Of a DNA stretch of 43,971 nucleotides, positions 24,890 through 37,529 are shown piece after piece. How positions within the stretch are numbered: position 1 is the first letter of the stretch; each line of letters begins with the position of its first letter. A model generated the notes under the pieces. That model saw only the letters and a list, made by a program, of their open reading frames with translations. It had not been told where the DNA came from and did not search any database. The translations under genes were made by a program, and so were the position numbers. Location of the stretch: positions 1-43,971 of the forward strand of contig NW_025214442.1 of NCBI RefSeq assembly GCF_004010195.1, given 5' to 3'. This DNA comes from Chiloscyllium plagiosum. Its lineage: Eukaryota.

Positions 24890-26460
24890 AAGAAAAGGGA
24901 AGTAAAGATATGATGTAAGCAAATTGGCAAGAAATATTAAAAACAAGCAGCACGAGCTTTTCCGTGTATGTAAGAAGAGTTCAAGAGGTGTGTGTGATCT
25001 TTGGTAGAAAGAAAGTCAGGAAAGTATATTGAGGACATTTGGAGGGTGTGACAGGGGAACTGGATACAGGGAACAGAAATAATTTACACCGGTATTTTAC
25101 ATCATTCCTCAAGGTGAAGGTGCTGTAAGTATTTCAATGGTATAAACAAAATGGTAATAGGAGGGAAGATCTAGAACTGTCTCTAACAAAAGGAACAAGG
25201 CAATTCTCAAACAGATAAGACCAAGGATAAACAGGTCATCAACAATTCATAGCTGGTTTTAAAAGAAGTGGTCACAGAGTGGCTGGTGGCACTGTGTGAA
25301 ATATTCCATAATTCTGGATTAAAGGAGTGTCCCAGTGAAACTGGAGACCCTCCAATGTGGCGACCGTCTTCAAGAAACAAGCGAGACTGAAAGCAGGACC
25401 CATTTAGCCTCACCATTATTGCTGGGAATATGTGAGAGTCTGTTATTAAGGAAGGGACTGCAGAGCATTTAGAAAAGTATCACACAGAGTCAGCATGGTC
25501 GAGTTAAAGGCGAACTACAGTTTGTCTGTAAAATCATGCAAAGTTTTTCTGGAAATCCATGAGAATGTAACTACTGGCCTTGATAAAGGGGGACTGGTAG
25601 ACATGAGGCTTTCCAGAGATGTTCCACAAGATATCACTAAATAAATGTTCTTACACAAGACAGAAGCTCATAGTATGATGGATGATGCATGAGCATGGGA
25701 TGACACTTGGTAAACACGTGGAAATCGGAGATTCAGGACTCATCGATCTTTATGAAAAAAAACTATCTACTGGATTACCACAAATATCAGTCCGATGGCA
25801 AGAGCTGATTACAAGAGCTGCACTGAGCTCCTGGCGGCGGGAGCTGAGTGCAATATATATTCGAGTTTGAGGACGACAATGACAACCATAAGGCAGCTGT
25901 TATTAAATGGAGAGAACTCCCAAAAAAGAAGAAGTTCAACGGAGTGGTGTGTTTCTGTCTGAAACATAACGTCAACATGTTGATGCAGAAATGTTGGTTC
26001 ATTAGACTGGTTCCTGGGATGAAAGGATTGAATTATTGAATACATCAAAAATGCTGAGGCAATTATTCATTGTGGTTTAAATGAATGAGGTTGTCATTAC
26101 TAAAACGGACAAGATACAGAGGGGGCTTGACAAGGTCGGCATTGAGAATGTGATTCCACACCAGGGCAGAGTCTCGAACTCAGAGATGTAGATACAGAGT
26201 AAGGAATATCGATTTCAAACTGAGATGTAAAGAAATGTCTTCTTTCAGAAGGTAGTAAATGACTAGAATTTCCTAACACCGAGAGTTGGGGAGGTTTGGT
26301 CACTGATTGTATTTACAGACGGGTGGATTGGTTTGTGAAATTTCAGCGAGTTGAGGAATGCAAGGGGTTATAAGGAAAGTGGAGTTGAGCCGTGGAGTAG
26401 ATCAGCCATGTTCTTATTGAATGACAGCGCAGGTTCCTATTTCTTACGTTCTTATTTATG
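24890..26460 (+). mobile_element. Old, highly decayed CR1 fragment(s)
   Basis: Remnants of RT (ccatttagcctcacc, gagtcagcatgg) and 3' region (ttcattagactggttcctgggatgaaagg, agatcagccatgttcttattgaatg). Confidence 0.55.
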
Positions 26461-27244
26461 TTTTTGGAAAATAATTGATTATTTTCCTGGAAGTCATAAT
26501 GTAAAATGTTGCATTCAGACACAGCAGAGGATTTGTGTGAGTTGACGTTGTGTGGGACATGGGGGCTGTATTCAATGCGAATCTGGGCCTGTAACATGAC
26601 CTACATCAGCAGCAGAAGTTACAGAGAGGAGAAGCCTGAAAAGAGGGATTGGGGAGAGGGGTCACTGCCTGACATAGCCTGGATTTTCTAATACATTTCC
26701 CAAACTACACCAAACCATTAGAGTGGCCTCAATCTGCCCCTGTGCAGCAGGACCGAAGGGCTGAATGGAACATCAGAACATAGGGCTGACGGACACAACT
26801 GGGCCATTCGGCACTTTGACACTATTCCACCAGTCAATAAGGTCATGGCTCATCTCATTGTGTTCCCAGCTGCACCTTTCTCTGATTTCACAATGATCCA
26901 TGATTCACCTGTCTCTGGAAAATCAGACAAACTCAGCCTCGATATAATATGAAGATTCAGCCCTCCCAATCTTCTGGGTGAGAGAATTCCTACTTGAATG
27001 AATTCCCACTTTGTGAATTTCTCCTTACTGCGGTTCTGACTGAGGTTGAAGTGTGTCACTGTTTCCATTTCTAATCCCACTCCTCCACTGCTCACAACAA
27101 ATTTTACATGTAACCAGGTTGGCGATTTGGCCGATGATAAAGGTCTAAGACTGGGTCAGGTTCAGTTATCAGAACAAGCCAGTTGGATTTCTTCATTCAG
27201 CTACAAGTAATTAACAGAACTAACTGAGGAGTATGATCGATATG

Positions 27245-27420
27245 TGGCCATCACTGCGGCCGCACATCACCCAAGAAGCTGGGTTCAATTCCAACCTCAG
27301 GTGAGTTTGAACATTCTTCACTTATCTCTGTGGGTTCCCTCCCAATAGTCCAGTTTCCTCCCAGAGTACAAAGATGTGCAGCTTAGAGTGGAATGGTCAT
27401 GCTCGATTGCTCATTGTTGA
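27245..27420 (+). mobile_element. Degenerate HE1/V-SINE
   Basis: gggttcaattcc B box at ~27281; tttcctcccagagtacaaagatgtgcag...tggtcatgct. Confidence 0.6.
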
Positions 27421-27865
27421 GAGAATGTCCCCTCATGGTAACCTCTGTCAGTGTGGGGGAATTGAACCTGTGCTGCTGGCCTCCTTCTGCATCACAAATC
27501 AGCCGTCCGGCCAACTGAATGGGAGACAGTGTAACTGTTACAGACAGAAACAGGCACAGGCAAAGGGCAAGAGAAACTTTCATAACAAAGAAAATGGTAC
27601 AATTCAGATAACGGTCCAGATAACAGCTGAGGATAAAAAGTTCTCTGCTCAAAATTGTATTTCATAACGGGACAAGTGTTTCGAAGCAGTGTTGGCTGAA
27701 TACAACAAAGTGAGACAAAGTGAAATAGCCAGAATTACTAATTGTGATTTGAAATAAAATAAGTGCATTTTTATGCAGGAACCCAGGGGGTGGAATGACT
27801 GCAAGTCCCTTCACCTGAAAATGGGAATTCTTTGGAACACTATCTGGAATGTTCCATCTTCAAAG

Positions 27866-27895
27866 AGTGTGTGTGTGTGTGTGAGAGAGAGAGAG
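27866..27895. repeat. (TG)n(AG)n microsatellite
   Basis: gtgtgtgtgtgtgtgtgagagagagagaga directly 5' of LTR-like copy 2. Confidence 0.85.
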
Positions 27896-28399
27896 ACCGC
27901 AGATACTGCACTGAGCTGGATGGTGAGCTCAGACTATGCTCAGGCCTCCTCTGGGAAAAGAATGGACCCCCCTGTTCTAGCCCATCCACTAGGACCTCTC
28001 TATCCCTGTTGAAAAACCGTGGTGTTAATTCCCCTTACCTGCCCTACTCGGGGTCAACTGTGCAGGGTGGCTCCAAACTGAGGAATTACAACAGTGTGCC
28101 CATTGGCCATTGAAAGATGTCATCAGTGTCAGTGATCATAGAATAGCCAAGGACATCAGTGCGATGGTGAGTCCCTCCAGCCATGTTGGGTTGGAGAATC
28201 GGGGTGGCATTGAATGCGAGGAATACTATGAGATTAATTGGTAGTTAATGAGGTGAGTTCGAAAAGATAGCACCATGAAACTAGTTCAGTCTGTACAGAC
28301 AATCCCTCTGTCACACTCAATAAAAATGTCACTGAGACAAACTATTTTTAGATTCAGCCCAATGAGTCGAAGACTCTGCTGACCCCACACCCAGTTACA
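27894..28399 (+). mobile_element. LTR-like interspersed repeat, copy 2
   Basis: Collinear with 11250-11761, including gtcacactcaataaaaatgtcactgagacaaa and terminal cccagttaca. Confidence 0.55.
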
Positions 28400-30039
28400 A
28401 AGTTGCAGACCAAATGTTCATCTAAAACTCTCCCTCATCTTTATTGACGCCAATATCCCCTTCACCTATCATCCTGGGAGTACTGCTACATGTTGCAGGA
28501 TGCTATCGAAATGTCTTCATTTCAGCATTCTGAAACCTGTGATCTTACATGAAATTGTCGCTCAATCTCCTTTTTCCCCAAAGTCCTTTTGATTGTTGGT
28601 AGTTAAACTGATTTCCCTGCCATCTCTCTCTGGCAGGAACTAGGGAATACGGACTAGGCAATTGCACTCAGAAACCGTTAAGATTTATTTTTATTATTTC
28701 ACTGATAATCTTTGCTAAAGAAGCTTAATATTATTACCCAGTCTGAACTCAGTGTAACTTCAGATCCACAACAACATTGTTGGCTCCATTTTGTCTTGAC
28801 TAGTGGCCGTGTAGTCACAGACAATTAGTGATGGACAACAAATGCTGCCCTTGCCCGTGATGCTGGCATTCGGAGAAACAACAGCATAAAAGGTGAAATA
28901 AACCAAGGAACGGTGAGTGCTAGAGATCGAAAATAAAATTCTCCAGCATCTGAAAGTGTTGGAGAATCTCGCAGGTATGGCAGCCTGTGTCAGAAGAAAT
29001 GCAGATAACGGTTTGAGCCCAGTGACCCTGTCTCACAACTGAAATAATATTATTTATCCTGGTATCATGGATGGTTGGGTTGGAGAGAGAGGTGGGGGCC
29101 AGGTTTAAATTGAATGAATGGAGAAATGGCCAGAAAAAGAGAGAAAATGAAATGAAAAGTGAGCAAAGGGATTGCTGATGACGAACTGAAAGGAAAACAG
29201 AATGGCAAGTTATTCTCACATTTCCCCGTTTTCTCATATTCCTTAATATCGCGTCCATTTAGATTTGTCCCTGTTTAAAGTGAGTTAGGTTCCCTGTATC
29301 TCTCTTCTCTGAGTGTGATGATCAAATCCATTAGCAATGCTGGTGCTGCCCTTATAGATGCTGAGATATAGAGAAAGGTGATGTTACATTGTCAACTGCT
29401 TCGTTGGAGAGAGGAACTCTTACTGTGGGAGTGTGCAGAGATGCAACGGCTTTCTCGGTCAGGAAGAGAAACTCAGGAGAGGAAATAGTTTTCAACACTG
29501 AGCGCGTGCACGTTCCGTGTGGGGAATTGACTTGTTCCTGTCATTGGAAAATCAGTGGAGTTTCTGTGGATGATTATCTCGGGTTTGTGTTGTCAGCTGC
29601 TGGGTCTGGTGACCCCACTCTATACACTGCATTTACAGCATGTCTGGGTCCATGGTAAACAAATGGAGATGAGGCTCCACAGAAGGGAAACTCTATAAAT
29701 AGGGAGGTGCAGGACAGTACATTAACTCTCCTGGGATTTCCCGAGACATGTGTCAAAGCTGAACCAGGTGTCAGGTATGAAACCAGTTTGTTTCAAAATT
29801 GAGGTGGTCACTGAGCTGTTTCCCCTCCTTCAGTATACTGTGTAGCCTCACACCAGTGACAGGACTGAGCTGATGCTCACCATGAATTAAATTGGATTAA
29901 TTCTGAAACTTTCCAGGTAGCAGTGAGTAACATATCCATCATCACTGGAGTGCACACCTCCGATATATTCACTGGCTGACAGAACCCATCTGTCCGATGA
30001 GAGCAATATATTGTGTCCATCTCCCTGAGGAAGGTACAG

Positions 30040-31110
30040 AAAGAAATTTCCAGAAATACAAGTGAACAGAGTGACTGGTGAAAATGAGGAACAACAGGAA
30101 ATTAGAATTAATAAAAGGTACGTCTTTCAAAACATTTATGGTTTTGGTATATTGCTGGTTTATGGTTGGTATATTGCTGCATCTGATGAGCTACATCCCA
30201 GAGTATTGAGGAGTGGCAGTAGAGCTATTGAAAAAAATACTGATTATTCTTCAAAGCTCGTTAGATTCTGGAAAGGATCCTCCGGACTGGAAAGCAGCGA
30301 TTGTAAACCTCAATGTTTAAAACAGGACAGAGAGAGCAAACAGCAAACTAAACAGTGGTTAGCTTGATGTAAGCTGTGAGAAAAAACATTGTAACCTTTT
30401 GTAAGGAATGTGACAACTCGACACTTGGAAAATAATGACATGATTCAGTCGAGTCAATCTAGACTCAGGAAGGGGAAATGATCTTGATCTTTGATAAACC
30501 TGCTGGATATTGTGGAGGTTGTCCGTTGTGACATCGACAATTGAGAACCAGTGGAAATGAAGTATTTGACTGTTCAGCAGACGTTTGTCATGGTTGAATA
30601 CAGGTGAGTGGAGAATGGAAAAGTCCATGGGTAGGTAGGGGTGGAATACACTGAATATATTAAAATTTGGATAATCGAGACAATGAAGAGAGTAGTGTAA
30701 TTATCTGGAGTGAAGGCTTTGGGATATCAGAAGGATCAGTGTTTGGGCAATAGCTCTTCGCAAGATCTAAAATATTTCGGATATGAACAACAAATATCAT
30801 CATTCACATTTATGTTCATTAAATAGTGAGAGGTTGGGAAGTGCTGTTGTTGAAACAGACCTGGATGTGCTTGGCCATAAGTCACACACAGAATTTTTAT
30901 GCAGCAGGAAGTAAATGATATGTGGCTCATCATGCAAAATGATTAAAGTACCAGAGTAAATGTATCTTACCCAATGATAGTGTTTTGTTGAGAGACTGTT
31001 TGATGTATTGTGTACAGGTTTAATCAGCAAAGGGGTTTCACCAGACTAAACCCTGGCATGATGTTACCATGAGGAGAATGTGAAGAAACTTGTGCTTAAT
31101 AAAGTGTGTT
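30040..31110 (+). mobile_element. Old decayed CR1 ORF2 fragment
   Basis: ctgatgagctacatcccagagtattga (DELHPRVL), cacttggaaaataatgacatgatt, ggatcagtgtttggg, tttcaccagactaaaccctgg. Confidence 0.6.
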
Positions 31111-31707
31111 AAGGTGTTTGTGAGCTTATATTTTAAAAAGTGATGAACCACATTGAATGTTGAAGGGACATAATTGCTTTATGAGACCAATTAAAAGAAT
31201 GCCCAGGCAAATTCACATTTCCTATGCATTGGAGTGCAAATATATCCACTGTAAATATATTGGCTGGTGCCTGATCTAGTCGAGGAGAGATCTGCACGGT
31301 AACAGCATGTAGATTGTGGTTTTTGAGGGTGGTGGTGGTGGGAGGTTACAGTATTGCAAACGGACAACGCAGCAGAATCATCTAGCCTCAATGGGTGATG
31401 GGAGATGTGATCAATAGCCAGCAGTGCCAACATTCAATCCAGTCCAGTAGTTTGTGTGAACTGAAGGAACCAGACTGAAAGGTGTTAAATGGAGCTGTTT
31501 GTTCAGTGACTGTGAGTGATGCCAGTCTCCGTGGATCTTAGTTGTGTCACTGGATGTTTTCCGTCTCCTATTAGTAAGGGGCCTCTTGCAATGGTTTATG
31601 CCATTGGAGCAGCAGATGCATCAACTCCAACGCTCAAAGGGATCAGCAGCTGCAGAGACAGAAAAAGGAGATTTAAACATCTGAGAATAGTCTGGAATGA
31701 TCCATTA

Positions 31708-31882
31708 ATGGATCAGAATCTGAGAACATTAGACTGGAATGCTGCTACAATGGACAGGAGTTTATCTGATGGTCTTTTCTATTTTTCCTGGTCTTGGTCA
31801 ACATTACCATATCGGATATGGAGTGCACTGATGATTATTCAGGCGGGTTACTATCCTATCCTCGCTATTGTTGGTGTTCCTG
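31708..31882 (+). CDS. First coding exon of a GPR139/GPR142-like orphan class A GPCR (N-terminus + start of TM1)
   Basis: MDQNLRTLDWNAATMDRSLSDGLFYFSWSWSTLPYRIWSALMIIQAGYYPILAIVGVP-G|; YY-x6-GxP matches GPR139 TM1 (YYSLLLCLGLPA, from memory) and is followed at once by a consensus donor CTG|GTAAGT (phase 1). Alternative start ATG at 31750. Exon 2 not found in window. Confidence 0.8.
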
Positions 31883-31888
31883 GTAAGT
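31883..31888 (+). other. 5' splice donor GTAAGT
   Basis: Consensus donor exactly where GPCR-like similarity ends. Confidence 0.8.
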
Positions 31889-32778
31889 TTCTTCATCTCT
31901 ATCCATTTATTAATCTCTTCAACCATGGCGAACTTTGTTGCTATTTCTGTTATCTATATTTGACAAAGACGGAAACTATTGTCTTCAGTTTCAAAAGCAA
32001 ATTCCATTGGTTCCCCACAAATTTCAGAACCGCCCGCACCCCCGCCCTCACAAACATCGGAGAACGAGACTGTTCACAATACCGAATTTAAATAAATGAA
32101 ATTCATTTATGTTTCGTTATTCTATCCATCACAAAACCTATCGACTACCAGCTCGATTATATGCCCAGTCACCATCTTGGCTTCAAACTGACGCTTAGTA
32201 AACCATTATCTATGCTTTGGTAAAATTCAGACGTTATGGTTCCACCTCTCCTCTAAGCACTCTTTCAGTTGCAAATATTTCGATCACAACTTTGTTCTTG
32301 TCTCTAAAATAACATAATGACACGAACAGTCTCTCAGAGCAGTAATGTCGGAAGGAATGTAATTCAGATGCGCAGGTTATTACACAGAAAGACACTGTTC
32401 CACATCCTACCACAGACGATGTCAGAAAGTAAATACAAAAGATAAGAATTTGAAATAACAAGCATAACATTTCCAGCATTTTGTCTATATGTTTATCTAT
32501 TTCACTGATGTCCTTTGGTAAATAGATCTTGGGTTATTATCTCGCCTGGCTTAAGATTGATGTGAGACCCACAGCAATGTGCTTGGTTCTGTACTGCCTG
32601 AAAGAATGACCTCGCAGTAAGTGACACTTGGTTAGGTCAACAAATGCTGCCCCTGTCAGCGATGCAGACATTCCAAGTAATAACAAAATTGAAGGTTAAA
32701 TAAAGCAAAGAATGATGCAACAGATCAGAAACAATAACGAATGAGAAAGTGCAAGACAAACTGAGCAGGTCTGGCAGC

Positions 32779-33392
32779 CCATCTGCCACAGCGGGTCGAG
32801 AGAAAAATAGAATTGGCAATTCGATTCTAATAACCGTACATCAGAACTGAACACAGTTGGGAAATAGCGTAATTGACGTTGGTGACACTGACATCTCTTA
32901 TGAAGGGGAAAAGGACTGAGTTGAATAAATGGAGAAAGAGAGAGATAGAGAGAAAGAAGCAAACAAAGGGATTGTTGATGATCAGCTGGGATGGAAATAA
33001 AAAATGAAATTAAACCTTACTTATGTTCCTCCTGTTCCCATATTATTGATAATTATGACCATGTAAGGTATATGGCAAAGTTCCTGCCATCTGCCACATC
33101 GGGTCGAGAGAAAAATATAATTAGCAATTCGATTCTAATAACCATACATCAGAACTGAACACAGTTGGGAAATAGTGTGATTGATGTTGGTGACACCGAC
33201 ATCTGTTATGAAGGGGAGAAGGACTGAGTTGAATAGATGGAGAAAGAGAGAGATAGAGAGAAATAAGCAAACAAAGAGATTGTTGATGATCAGCTGGGGT
33301 GGAAACAAAATATGAAATTAAACCTTATTTATATTTTTCCTGTTCCCATATTACTTATAATTATGACCATGTAAGGTATATGTCAAATTTCC
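32779..33392 (+). repeat. Tandem duplication, 2 x ~308 bp (intronic)
   Basis: ccatctgccaca..gggtcgagagaaaaata starts at 32779 and 33087; roughly 90% identical by eye. Confidence 0.92.
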
Positions 33393-33429
33393 AGTTTGAA
33401 GTTATTTAATTCTGTTTTTCTCTCTTCCC

Positions 33430-33912
33430 TGAGTGGGAGCATCTTCCTTTATTCATGAATGGGATGCTGGACCAACATTTAATTCCCTTTCCTCATTGTC
33501 CTTGAGAAGGCTTTGGTGAGCTGTCTTCCTGACCCACTGCAGTCCGTGGGCTGTAAGTAGTCAGTGCTGAGGTCCATGCGGTTTCTTTTCTTTGAGGCTT
33601 TGAAGTGACTGATATAACTGAGTGGCTGGCTTAGCTCTTTCAAATTGCAACTGAGAGTTAACCTCATTGCTGTGGAGTTACATGTAAGCCCGACCAGCTG
33701 AAGATTGTAGATTTCCTTTCCTGAAGGGCATGAGTGTTACAGGTAGGAGAATCAACAATGGTTTCATTGTTTCATTTGATTCTTAATTCCTGATATTTTA
33801 TTGAATTCAATTCCCAACATTTGCCGTTGTGGGATTCGGATCCGGTGTCTGGGTCATGACCTGATTCCCTGGATTAATATTCGGAGACAATACAGCTAGA
33901 TCATCGCCTCCT
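33430..33912 (-). mobile_element. MetaSINE-like tRNA-SINE
   Basis: attcatgaatgggatgctggaccaacatttaattccc...ttgctgtggagttacatgtaagcccgaccag...atttcctttcctgaagggcat...gtgggattcgga. Confidence 0.6.
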
Positions 33913-34105
33913 CAGAATCTCCCATCAACTCCGATGGCAACAGTGATGTTGTGGTTGGTGTGACTTTGCTTCATAAGGCAAATAAATGATTGGCAGAAAA
34001 ATGCCATCCTTCGCATTTTGTATTTATGCGAAGGCGAGATGATGGGAACTCCTCTTGGTGAAAAGGAGCTGGATGTCCTTGATCATGAGGCACTAACAGA
34101 ATTCA

Positions 34106-34962
34106 TACAGAGCAGTCGGGTACTGGCAGGTGGGACTAGATTGGGTTGGGATATCTGGTCGGCATGGATGGGTCGGACCGAAGGATCTGTTTCCATGATG
34201 TGCATCTCTATGAATCTATGACTCAGCAAATAATCAGAACAATTAATGAGTAGCATCATTCATTACAAAATGATTAAAGTATAACTGTGAAGACACCATC
34301 CTGCAGTTGTGGAGTGTACTTGAGACAGTATTTTCTTTCATCTATAATCAATGATCTCCTTGCTACAGAGAGACGGTGTATTGGAGTTTCACCAGACGAA
34401 TACCTGCGGCAATGGTACCATGAGGAGAGTGTGAAGGAAATGAGTGTTTAATCTNNNNNNNNNNNNNNNNNNNNNNNNNNNNNNNNNNNNNNNNNNNNNN
34501 NNNNNNNNNNNNNNNNNNNNNNNNNNNNNNNNNNNNNNNNNNNNNNNNNNNNNNNNNNNNNNNNNNNNNNNNNNNNNNNNNNNNNNNNNNNNNNNNNNNN
34601 NNNNNNNNNNNNNNNNNNNNTACAGAGCAGTCGGGTACTGGCAGGTGGGACTAGATTGGGTTGGGGTCGGCATGGATGGGTCGGACCGAAGGATCTGTTT
34701 CCATGCTGTGCATCTCTATGAATCTATGACTCAGCAAATAATCAGAACAATTAATGAGTAGCATCGTTCATTACAAAATGATTAAAGTATAACTGTGAAG
34801 ACACCATCCTGCAGTTGTGGAGTGTACTTGAGACAGTATTTTCTTTCATTTATAATCAATGATCTCCTAAATACAGAGAGACGGTGTAATGGAGTTTCAC
34901 CAGACTAATCCCTGCAGTGATGACACCATGAGGAGAGTGTGAAGGAAATGAGTGTTTAATCT
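34106..34962 (+). repeat. Near-identical ~345-bp direct repeats on either side of an N-gap
   Basis: tacagagcagtcgggtactggcagg at 34106 and 34621; both end gagtgtttaatct; differ by several substitutions and a small indel. Confidence 0.9.
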
Positions 34963-35440
34963 GTAACGCTACAAAAAAGAATGAAATGTGATTGCATTAA
35001 CACTGGAGTGTTATTAATCAACACTCATTATTTCCAAAACAAAATACGTATAGCATTAGATATAACATGATTTCCATGATACGTGCCTTCACATTTGGAC
35101 AAATGTATAGATAGGAAAGGTTTAGAAGGATATGGACCAAGCGCAGGGAAATGGGGTTTGCATGGATGGACATTTTGATCAGCATGAACCAGTTTGTGAT
35201 AATAGGCCTGTCTCTGTGCTGTGGGATTCTATGACTCGATGATAATTTACAGAGCTCTATGGAGCCCCCATGTTGGTTGAGAGAGAGCTCCAGGTTCTGA
35301 ATGAAGTCTCACCGTCTGGATGTACAGTTGGTATGTGAACCTGTATTGAACGTTATGTTGTTCACAAATCTGTCATCAGCCACACTCTGTTAGTATTAGC
35401 TATTCCCACCAGCTTCTGACCTCCATACAGAACACTAGCC

Positions 35441-35658
35441 TGTCTTCTCTGACGTCTTTCTTGCTAAAAGCTGTTCATTGGCTCAAGTAGACTCTTTCCT
35501 TGATGCTTTTCAGAGGGTCGAAATAACGGGGCCAGGCTACGATCAGTCTGGTTTGGTACAGACACGAAAGAGATTTTCAGAGGCCTTTTATTCATATGTA
35601 AAGAGATGAACCTACATGGCAAAGTTGTCATGCTTTCGAAGTAACCTGTATAATGAAC
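35441..35658 (+). repeat. 5' LTR (visible part)
   Basis: ctaaaagctgttcattggctcaag...cgatcagtctggtttggtacaga...gtataatgaac aligns with 40559-40756. Confidence 0.8.
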
Positions 35659-36500
35659 NNNNNNNNNNNNNNNNNNNNNNNNNNNNNNNNNNNNNNNNNN
35701 NNNNNNNNNNNNNNNNNNNNNNNNNNNNNNNNNNNNNNNNNNNNNNNNNNNNNNNNNNNNNNNNNNNNNNNNNNNNNNNNNNNNNNNNNNNNNNNNNNNN
35801 NNNNNNNNNNNNNNNNNNNNNNNNNNNNNNNNNNNNNNNNNNNNNNNNNNNNNNNNNNNNNNNNNNNNNNNNNNNNNNNNNNNNNNNNNNNNNNNNNNNN
35901 NNNNNNNNNNNNNNNNNNNNNNNNNNNNNNNNNNNNNNNNNNNNNNNNNNNNNNNNNNNNNNNNNNNNNNNNNNNNNNNNNNNNNNNNNNNNNNNNNNNN
36001 NNNNNNNNNNNNNNNNNNNNNNNNNNNNNNNNNNNNNNNNNNNNNNNNNNNNNNNNNNNNNNNNNNNNNNNNNNNNNNNNNNNNNNNNNNNNNNNNNNNN
36101 NNNNNNNNNNNNNNNNNNNNNNNNNNNNNNNNNNNNNNNNNNNNNNNNNNNNNNNNNNNNNNNNNNNNNNNNNNNNNNNNNNNNNNNNNNNNNNNNNNNN
36201 NNNNNNNNNNNNNNNNNNNNNNNNNNNNNNNNNNNNNNNNNNNNNNNNNNNNNNNNNNNNNNNNNNNNNNNNNNNNNNNNNNNNNNNNNNNNNNNNNNNN
36301 NNNNNNNNNNNNNNNNNNNNNNNNNNNNNNNNNNNNNNNNNNNNNNNNNNNNNNNNNNNNNNNNNNNNNNNNNNNNNNNNNNNNNNNNNNNNNNNNNNNN
36401 NNNNNNNNNNNNNNNNNNNNNNNNNNNNNNNNNNNNNNNNNNNNNNNNNNNNNNNNNNNNNNNNNNNNNNNNNNNNNNNNNNNNNNNNNNNNNNNNNNNN

Positions 36501-37380
36501 NAAAAAAATGGCAAAAGAGAGAGCAACATGGGTGAGAGAAAGAGACAGCTTTTGAATAGCAAAACTGACACTTAAAAAGGAAAGTCAGTGTAAAAGGCTG
36601 GAGATAACGGCTGAGGGTGCGCTTAGTAAGGAAGAGAGTGAGGATAAGCAAGCCACTGGTAGTTAGAAGCCTAGTGAGAATTTGTTTGTGTATGTTCAAG
36701 CATTGCCTCAATTTGATGAGAAGAATGTGATGCCATTTGCATCTCATTTGAAAAGCTGGCTAAACAAATGCAGTGGCCAGGGGCATTGCGGGTTTTGTTG
36801 ATCCAAACCAAATGTGTAGGTAGGACTGGTGAGGTACTCACATCCCTATCAGAGGAGGTATCTGGGGAGTACGAGGAGGTTAAAAAAAACATTTTTGTCT
36901 GCAAAGGCAACCTTTCAGTATTCTAATGAGGAATCATGGCCAAACCTATACTGAGTTTGTAAGGATCAAACAGACTAATTTCGACAGTTGGATATGAACT
37001 TTAAAATTCGAGCAAAGCTATAATGCCCTTAGAGAGGTTAGTACTTGGAGGAATTCAGAACAATCACTGCCTGAAGTAGTGCAAACTCAGGTGGAATAGC
37101 AGAGAGTGTAAGCAGCAAGGTTAGCTGCTGAAATGGCTGATGATTATGAACTGGTCCATAAACTTGGTTTGGCTTCCAGAACCAGTTCTGGTCTCTGAGG
37201 GACAGAAATTGGAGCAAAGAGATATCCTCACGTGCAAAGGGAAAGTTAGATCACAGCGTAGATCATAAGGATAATTTACCACAGTAATTAAGAAAACCTT
37301 AAGGGGGACAAAGAAGTTAAAATACTATGGTGTTTTCATTCTAATAAAGTGGGCCACACAAAATCACAGTGTTGGTGAGG
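36501..37380 (+). pseudogene. Gmr1-like gag remnant (SCAN-like capsid region, zinc knuckle)
   Basis: LPQFDEK...FEKLAKQMQWP...YEEVKK; LEEF...AAEMADDY; knuckle CFHSNKVGHTKSQC at 37331-37372 (second Cys mutated). Confidence 0.78.
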
Positions 37381-37529
37381 TGGGAGAAAACCAGCTGTGG
37401 GATAACCAGACAAGCCTGGAAGTTTTGTTGGACTCGTAACAAAAAGCGTAAGGGAAGTTAGGCAACTGCCTCAGAATGTACTAGATGATCAGTGGACGTG
37501 CCAATTATGCGTAATAAACTTACATGAAA

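Noticed and set aside
11250..28399. One 17-kb provirus bounded by the two LTR-like repeats
   Set aside because: No gag/pol/env, PBS or PPT recognised between them; copies are substantially diverged with different upstream sequences.
31516..32091. 191-aa ORF as a single-exon gene
   Set aside because: Begins at GTG; receptor-like sequence ends at a consensus donor at 31883, so the remainder is intron read-through and the upstream part is probably UTR or promoter.
34106..34962. Direct repeat around a gap as a biological duplication
   Set aside because: Near-identical copies abutting a scaffold gap are typical of uncollapsed haplotypes; cannot be called real without reads.
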